From assembly GCA_048882485.1 (NCBI GenBank), contig JBHLRP010000071.1, positions 1-12,782 on the forward strand: DNA of 12,782 nucleotides. The letters are read 5' to 3'. Under the pieces are notes generated by a model that saw only the letters and a program-made list of their open reading frames with translations, was not told where the DNA came from and searched no databases. This DNA comes from Candidatus Thorarchaeota archaeon (GTDB taxonomy: Archaea > Asgardarchaeota > Thorarchaeia > Thorarchaeales > Thorarchaeaceae). Both the position numbers and the translations under genes were made by a program. Positions 8,677 to 12,782 of this stretch are shown one piece after another (position 1 is the stretch's first letter; every line of letters starts with the position of its first letter).

Positions 8677-8980
8677 TCTCAATTCATTCGAATGGATTTA
8701 ACATGCCATGACTCTTCATCAGAGCCTTGTGCTTGAATGCCATTAACCAAGAATATGACCAGATATCCCTTGCAAGCTGCATCCATGAAAGCAGTAACAG
8801 ATTCCGAATATGTGTTCAAGATACATCATTTCGGAGGTTAAATCTCAATTCCACACCAAGTTCTTCGGTTTTTGGCTCCATTTGTAGATTTACAGTTGAT
8901 TTCGGACCCAGTGAGTTTGCGCAAATAGATATTCTATCTGAGTGACTCATGCAATATTGAAGAGACCCAGAGGAAGATAG

Positions 8981-10486
8981 ATGATGAGAATCACGCGACA
9001 AACGAGAGCACTCTTGGTAATGAGTTTGGCCTTCCTCTTGCCGCTTACAGCAATCAGTATCTTCTATTATCGTCCGCTTTTTGCACCGGTATACTTGGAG
9101 CCATCCGACTCGATTGATGAGTTCGTTGAACAATTGGAAACAAAAATCTCTGCGTTACTGGAAACAAATACTGTCCCTGGAGCTGCCATTGCTGTCATTT
9201 CAAATAATCAGACCAATATCATTACAGCTGGTAGGTCAAACCTGTTTACAAGCGAGCCGCTGACACCGCACCATGTTTTTCAAATTGCATCCATGTCCAA
9301 GAGCCAGTGCGCACTTGCGATTATGAAATTGATGCAAGATGGATTGATTCTACTTGATGCGCCCGTAGAGTGGTATCTGACAAGGTGGTCATTTCCGGAT
9401 TCTCAATACAACACCTCAGGTGTGACAGTTCGACGAATACTATGCCATGCAGCCGGTATTTCTTTGGAGGGGGTCTCAGGAGGGTTCAGCCCGGATGATG
9501 TGCCTACAATTGAGGACGCATTGACTGATTCAGGAGTGAGTTTAATCTACGAGCCGGGGAGTGTCTTCTCATACTCCGGGGGCGGATATGGAATTCTGCA
9601 ATTGCTCATAGAAGAGGTCAGCGGGATGAGCTATGACGAGTATCTACAGTCAGAAGTATTTGAACCTCTGAATATGTCAGATACTGCGACTGGTTGGGAT
9701 TCATCTATTGAGGACCATCTTGCTGTGGGATACAGTAACATGCTTCTGCCTATTATTCGAACCTATCCTTCAATGAAGGCTGCAGCTGCGCACTACTCAA
9801 GTATCGAAGACATGGCAAAATGGGTGAACCATCTTCTTGTCGGCCAGCCAGTGGTTAATACAACAAATATGCTAGCGATGTACACACCGCAATGGGGTGA
9901 ATCATGGGGTTGGACTCTGGGCTTCAACTACAAGATGCTTAGCAATGGAATACTCACATTAGGTCATGGTGGTGATAATTGGGGCTATCATGGTGCATAT
10001 CGTTTCGCACCCTAAGATGGAGAGGCGATTATAGTTCTAACAAATGGTGATCGAGGGGCCGCATTTGTAACAGAGCTGTTGCATCATTGGGAAACTATTA
10101 TTGAAGGAGGAGATCTGGAAATCCTGTGGGAAGACCAGAATCAAGCCTACGGACAGACATTCCTCTATGAGATGATTACAATAGTCGGCTTTGTGACTCT
10201 GTTGCTGCTTGCCTGGAATCGAGGTTTCATTGTTTTCTCTCGAAGTGCAGAACAAAAGAGGTCTGGAGAAAAGAAATGGTTCAGAAGAATTTTATCAGTC
10301 ATGTGCGTTTTGGTGATTATTATATTCTTCATATATTGGGGATATACACCATTGAGCCCCATATCTTACGGACCCATTAGCTATGTCTGGACAGTCATTG
10401 CTACTCTCACATGGCTGACTTGGACATCAGTGACCTTTCAGCAATTCGATTTAGTTTCGGAAAAGACAACATTGAAGACATCGTAG
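8981..10486 (+). pseudogene. Membrane-anchored serine hydrolase (beta-lactamase class C/AmpC-like family) interrupted by one in-frame TAA at 10013-10015
   Basis: SxxK in FQIASMSK, TVRRILCHAAG, PGSVFSYSGGGY, GHGG. ORFs 8981-10015 and 10079-10486 are in the same frame, and read-through gives YRFAP*DGEAIIVLTNGDRG (the family's terminal IVLTN strand) followed by about three TM helices. Confidence 0.85.
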
Positions 10487-10491
10487 CAACA

Positions 10492-10506
10492 TCGAATCTC
10501 GCCCGG
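10492..10506 (+). repeat. Truncated tRNA-Ala 3'-end repeat R6
   Basis: TCGAATCTCGCCCGG is an exact 15-nt match to 1374-1388, 5 nt after the hydrolase stop. Confidence 0.88.
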
Positions 10507-10597
10507 ATAGTCACTTCTATTTCTTCGGATAGTACAATCATTTCATAGACTGTAGTCTTTTATCCATCGGTATTGTTCTGCATCTTGAGGTGTTCGG

Positions 10598-11089
10598 GTG
10601 GCAAGTGAAAGTGTGGGCACAAAGCCTACGAGGACTGGCAGAGATTATACCTATTTTGCCATTGTGATTCTCATAGGATCTCTCCTTTTGCTCAGCCCAG
10701 TAATTGCACAGTGGATGAATGCCAACGTGGTTCCTACCGAATATCAGGGCCTTATCCTATTAAGAGGAGAAGTTGCAAATTGGCACTCTGGAGCACTTCT
10801 ACTCACCTATGATGATGGAATCAAGGACCGATGGACGATTGATGGATACCAAGACTATACGGATTTAGATGAAACGCATCCACTATACGGGTGGATATCG
10901 TGGGGCCGACCTAGCCGGAACTTCACACGTACCGAAACTCTCACACTGGAGTATCACTGTTCTGGATTAGGCATGACAATCGGACCTGTCACCTTCGAAT
11001 CAGATTCGTCGCAGATACTCTATTCTAACCAAGACCTTCCTGAAGCTCCAGATGGGCTATGGATTACATGGATTACGTCACATCCATAG
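10598..11089 (+). CDS. Hypothetical protein with an N-terminal TM helix and a small extracellular domain
   Basis: 163-aa ORF, GTG start preceded by GAGGTG and an upstream TTTTAT; hydrophobic FAIVILIGSLLLLSPVIA. Confidence 0.75.
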   Translation: MASESVGTKPTRTGRDYTYFAIVILIGSLLLLSPVIAQWMNANVVPTEYQGLILLRGEVANWHSGALLLTYDDGIKDRWTIDGYQDYTDLDETHPLYGWISWGRPSRNFTRTETLTLEYHCSGLGMTIGPVTFESDSSQILYSNQDLPEAPDGLWITWITSHP

Positions 11090-12520
11090 CAGCTGTGTGA
11101 TCATCATTCTGAGGGGCTGGAGTTCAAATCTCGTCCGATCCGCCATCTCTATCCTGATCGGTTGATCTAATCTTGTCATTATTTGACTCCCGGCTTCCAC
11201 AGACTCCACAGATAGAAACTGCTGTCCGGGGGCTGCGTATTCCACAACTCCTCCAACCATTGTCATTAGTACCTTTATGTCAGCAAGGGTGTTCTCGGGA
11301 ACTGTCAGTGGATTATCTGAAAGGATTACTAGGTCTGCGAATTTGCCCACTTTAATGCTCCCCTTGATGTCTTCTTGAAACGTGCCGTAGGCTGCGTCAA
11401 TTGTAATGAGCCGCAGAGCTTGTTCCACGCTAAGAGTCTGGTTTAACATCCAATCTGTGGGTGTAAGCCCCAGTCCACCAACCCTTGTGACAGCACTAGA
11501 GACCGCATACATTGCTGACCTCTCCATTGTCCCCGGAAACCAAGGAAAGTCAGTACTGCCTTGTGATGGTATTCCAGCTTCAAGAATATCTCTCCATCTA
11601 CCTGCTAGGTGTGAGTAATTCTGCAGAGCTGGAGATGATTCTGCCTCATTCCAATCAGAGTTAATCCATGTGAATTGAAAAGTAGCAATAATTCCTAGAT
11701 CAGCCAGCCTCTGTATCTGGTCGTTTCTTAGTAGGACAAGGTGTTCGATACGGTGGCGATACTGTTGGTTCGATTGCCCGTCCAAAGCCGATTCCAGAGC
11801 ATTTAGAACAATGTCAGTCGCATTATCGACCAAACTGTGAATGGCAATCTGGAAACCTGATTCATGAGCCTCTTGCACTAATGAATCCAATTCAGTCTGA
11901 GAAAAGTAGGGAAGCCAAGTGGAATCATACCAACTGTCCATAAAGATCTTCACTCCTGCTATCCTCAACTTAGAGCTGTATTCCTGCCCGGGTTGATAGG
12001 CCTGATACCAATTGCCGAACCTATCAAACTGCCAGCTCAATGGAAGATAGGCATTAACGCGAATGCGAAGCTTGTCCTGTTGATCTAAAGTTATGAGCCC
12101 ATCCAATCGTTCCTGATTCACAAAGAGTTCGGAAATGCTGGTCCATCCAGAACTAAGTACCGAGTCAATCACTTCATCTGCCGTTGATTGGTTCACATAA
12201 CTCCGATCACCTATATGATGAGAATGAGCATCAATGAAACCAGGTAGAAGTGTCCTTCCTTCAAGATCAATGAATTGGGTATTTGGTCCTGCCGTCGCAA
12301 GGATGTCATTCTCATCACCTACAGCGATGATATTCTCACCTTGGATAGCGAGTGCCTCGACCTTTGCTGGGGATTGCTCCATAGTCAGAATTTCACCATT
12401 ATGTATGATTATATCTGGTGAATCATTCCAGAATCCTTGTGAAACAAGATACAAGAGAGACACTAGCAAAATCGCGAGCACAACAGACGTAATTACAAGC
12501 AATCCGCGTCGTTTCATCAA
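11078..12520 (-). CDS. Amidohydrolase (amidohydrolase_3, YtcJ-like) with an N-terminal membrane anchor
   Basis: DLEGRTLLPGFIDAHSH, GVKIFMD, FQIAIH, HRIEH, GSTDFP and KGSIKVGKFADLVILSDNPL; AGGAG upstream of the start. Confidence 0.92.
   Translation of the reverse strand: MMKRRGLLVITSVVLAILLVSLLYLVSQGFWNDSPDIIIHNGEILTMEQSPAKVEALAIQGENIIAVGDENDILATAGPNTQFIDLEGRTLLPGFIDAHSHHIGDRSYVNQSTADEVIDSVLSSGWTSISELFVNQERLDGLITLDQQDKLRIRVNAYLPLSWQFDRFGNWYQAYQPGQEYSSKLRIAGVKIFMDSWYDSTWLPYFSQTELDSLVQEAHESGFQIAIHSLVDNATDIVLNALESALDGQSNQQYRHRIEHLVLLRNDQIQRLADLGIIATFQFTWINSDWNEAESSPALQNYSHLAGRWRDILEAGIPSQGSTDFPWFPGTMERSAMYAVSSAVTRVGGLGLTPTDWMLNQTLSVEQALRLITIDAAYGTFQEDIKGSIKVGKFADLVILSDNPLTVPENTLADIKVLMTMVGGVVEYAAPGQQFLSVESVEAGSQIMTRLDQPIRIEMADRTRFELQPLRMMITQLLWM
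11120..11145 (+). repeat. tRNA-Ala 3'-end repeat R7
   Basis: GAGTTCAAATCTCGTCCGATCCGCCA; 19/23 identical over the 1373-1395 equivalent. Confidence 0.85.
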
Positions 12521-12610
12521 GATGTCTCCTTGTTTCTAACCAAGCGGATTACTGGTATCCGAAGTTGGCTAATAATCATCCGTTCGAGTGTCCCTTGATT
12601 TCTTCAGAAA

Positions 12611-12638
12611 GGAGGCGGCATGAGTTCAAATCTCATCC
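12611..12638 (+). repeat. Degenerate tRNA 3'-half remnant R8 (T-arm)
   Basis: GGAGGCGGCATGAG-TTCAAAT-CTCATCC aligns to spliced GGAGGAGGTCGCGAG-TTCGAAT-CTCGCCC. The acceptor end is lost. Confidence 0.65.
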
Positions 12639-12673
12639 TAGAATTAGGAGAATTTCAATTGCTTAGAAGAATG

Positions 12674-12703
12674 TGATACCCTGGCTAAATAGCCAGGGTA
12701 TCA
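12674..12703. repeat. Perfect 14-bp inverted repeat, possible terminator of the incoming minus-strand gene
   Basis: TGATACCCTGGCTA-AA-TAGCCAGGGTATCA followed by an A-run (a T-run on the minus strand), about 25 nt past the stop at 12729. Confidence 0.6.
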
Positions 12704-12728
12704 AAAAATGAACTATAGCGAGTCCGAT

Positions 12729-12782
12729 TCACATCATTTCAACATGTTCAGGATGTTTGTCTCGCATATGGCGCTCCCAGTC
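12729..12782 (-). CDS. C-terminal fragment of a gene entering from the right edge, possibly ending in a C2H2-type zinc finger
   Basis: The minus strand reads DWERHMRDKHPEHVEMM*. The H-x4-H ending resembles C2H2 fingers, but only 17 residues are visible. Confidence 0.35.
   Translation of the reverse strand, partial: DWERHMRDKHPEHVEMM

Larger units (their letters stand above)
1373..12647 (+). mobile_element. tRNA-Ala-anchored island: tandem array of eight single-gene units delimited by direct repeats of the tRNA 3' end
   Basis: Eight downstream co-oriented copies of the tRNA 3' end, with one gene between each pair. Mobility is inferred because no recombinase is in the window. Confidence 0.7.

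Noticed and set aside
8727-9133. ORFs 8727-8945 (+) and 8816-9133 (-)
   Set aside because: No motifs, and the second is antisense to the hydrolase. A decayed gene remnant in this 300-bp gap cannot be excluded.
10013-10015. Programmed recoding (Sec/Pyl)
   Set aside because: The codon is TAA, not TGA or TAG, and TAA terminates the LLM gene normally.
3611-12638. Repeats as independent tRNA genes or split-tRNA halves
   Set aside because: They lack D and anticodon arms and the complementary leader sequences needed for trans-splicing, and several have a damaged acceptor end or CCA.
1373-12647. CRISPR array
   Set aside because: The intervals are 0.45-2.85 kb and contain whole genes, the repeat is a tRNA end, and no cas genes are present.
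1373-12647. Classical integron with attC sites
   Set aside because: I saw no RYYYAAC...GTTRRRY inverted-box hairpins at the gene boundaries, genes occur in both orientations, and there is no IntI in the window.

Overview
Archaeal DNA, most consistent with an Asgard/Thorarchaeota-like genome (inferred from BHB-type tRNA introns, the style of the NosD and Ig-repeat surface proteins, and a probable F420-dependent LLM enzyme). The window starts with a partial secreted metzincin protease on the minus strand that the ORF track missed. Next is a tRNA-Ala(GGC) gene at 1230-1395 interrupted by three bulge-helix-bulge introns. Downstream, the last ~20-26 nt of that tRNA (TTCRAATCTCGCCCGGTCCACCA) recur eight more times as direct repeats, broadly more degenerate with distance. 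Each interval between repeats (0.45-2.85 kb) holds exactly one unrelated gene in either orientation: a NosD-type surface protein, two small membrane proteins, an LLM oxidoreductase, a circularly permuted family-5 substrate-binding protein, a stop-interrupted serine hydrolase, a membrane-anchored hypothetical and an amidohydrolase. The arrangement looks like an integron-like array of single-gene cassettes that uses a tRNA 3' end as its recombination site. No integrase is present in the window.
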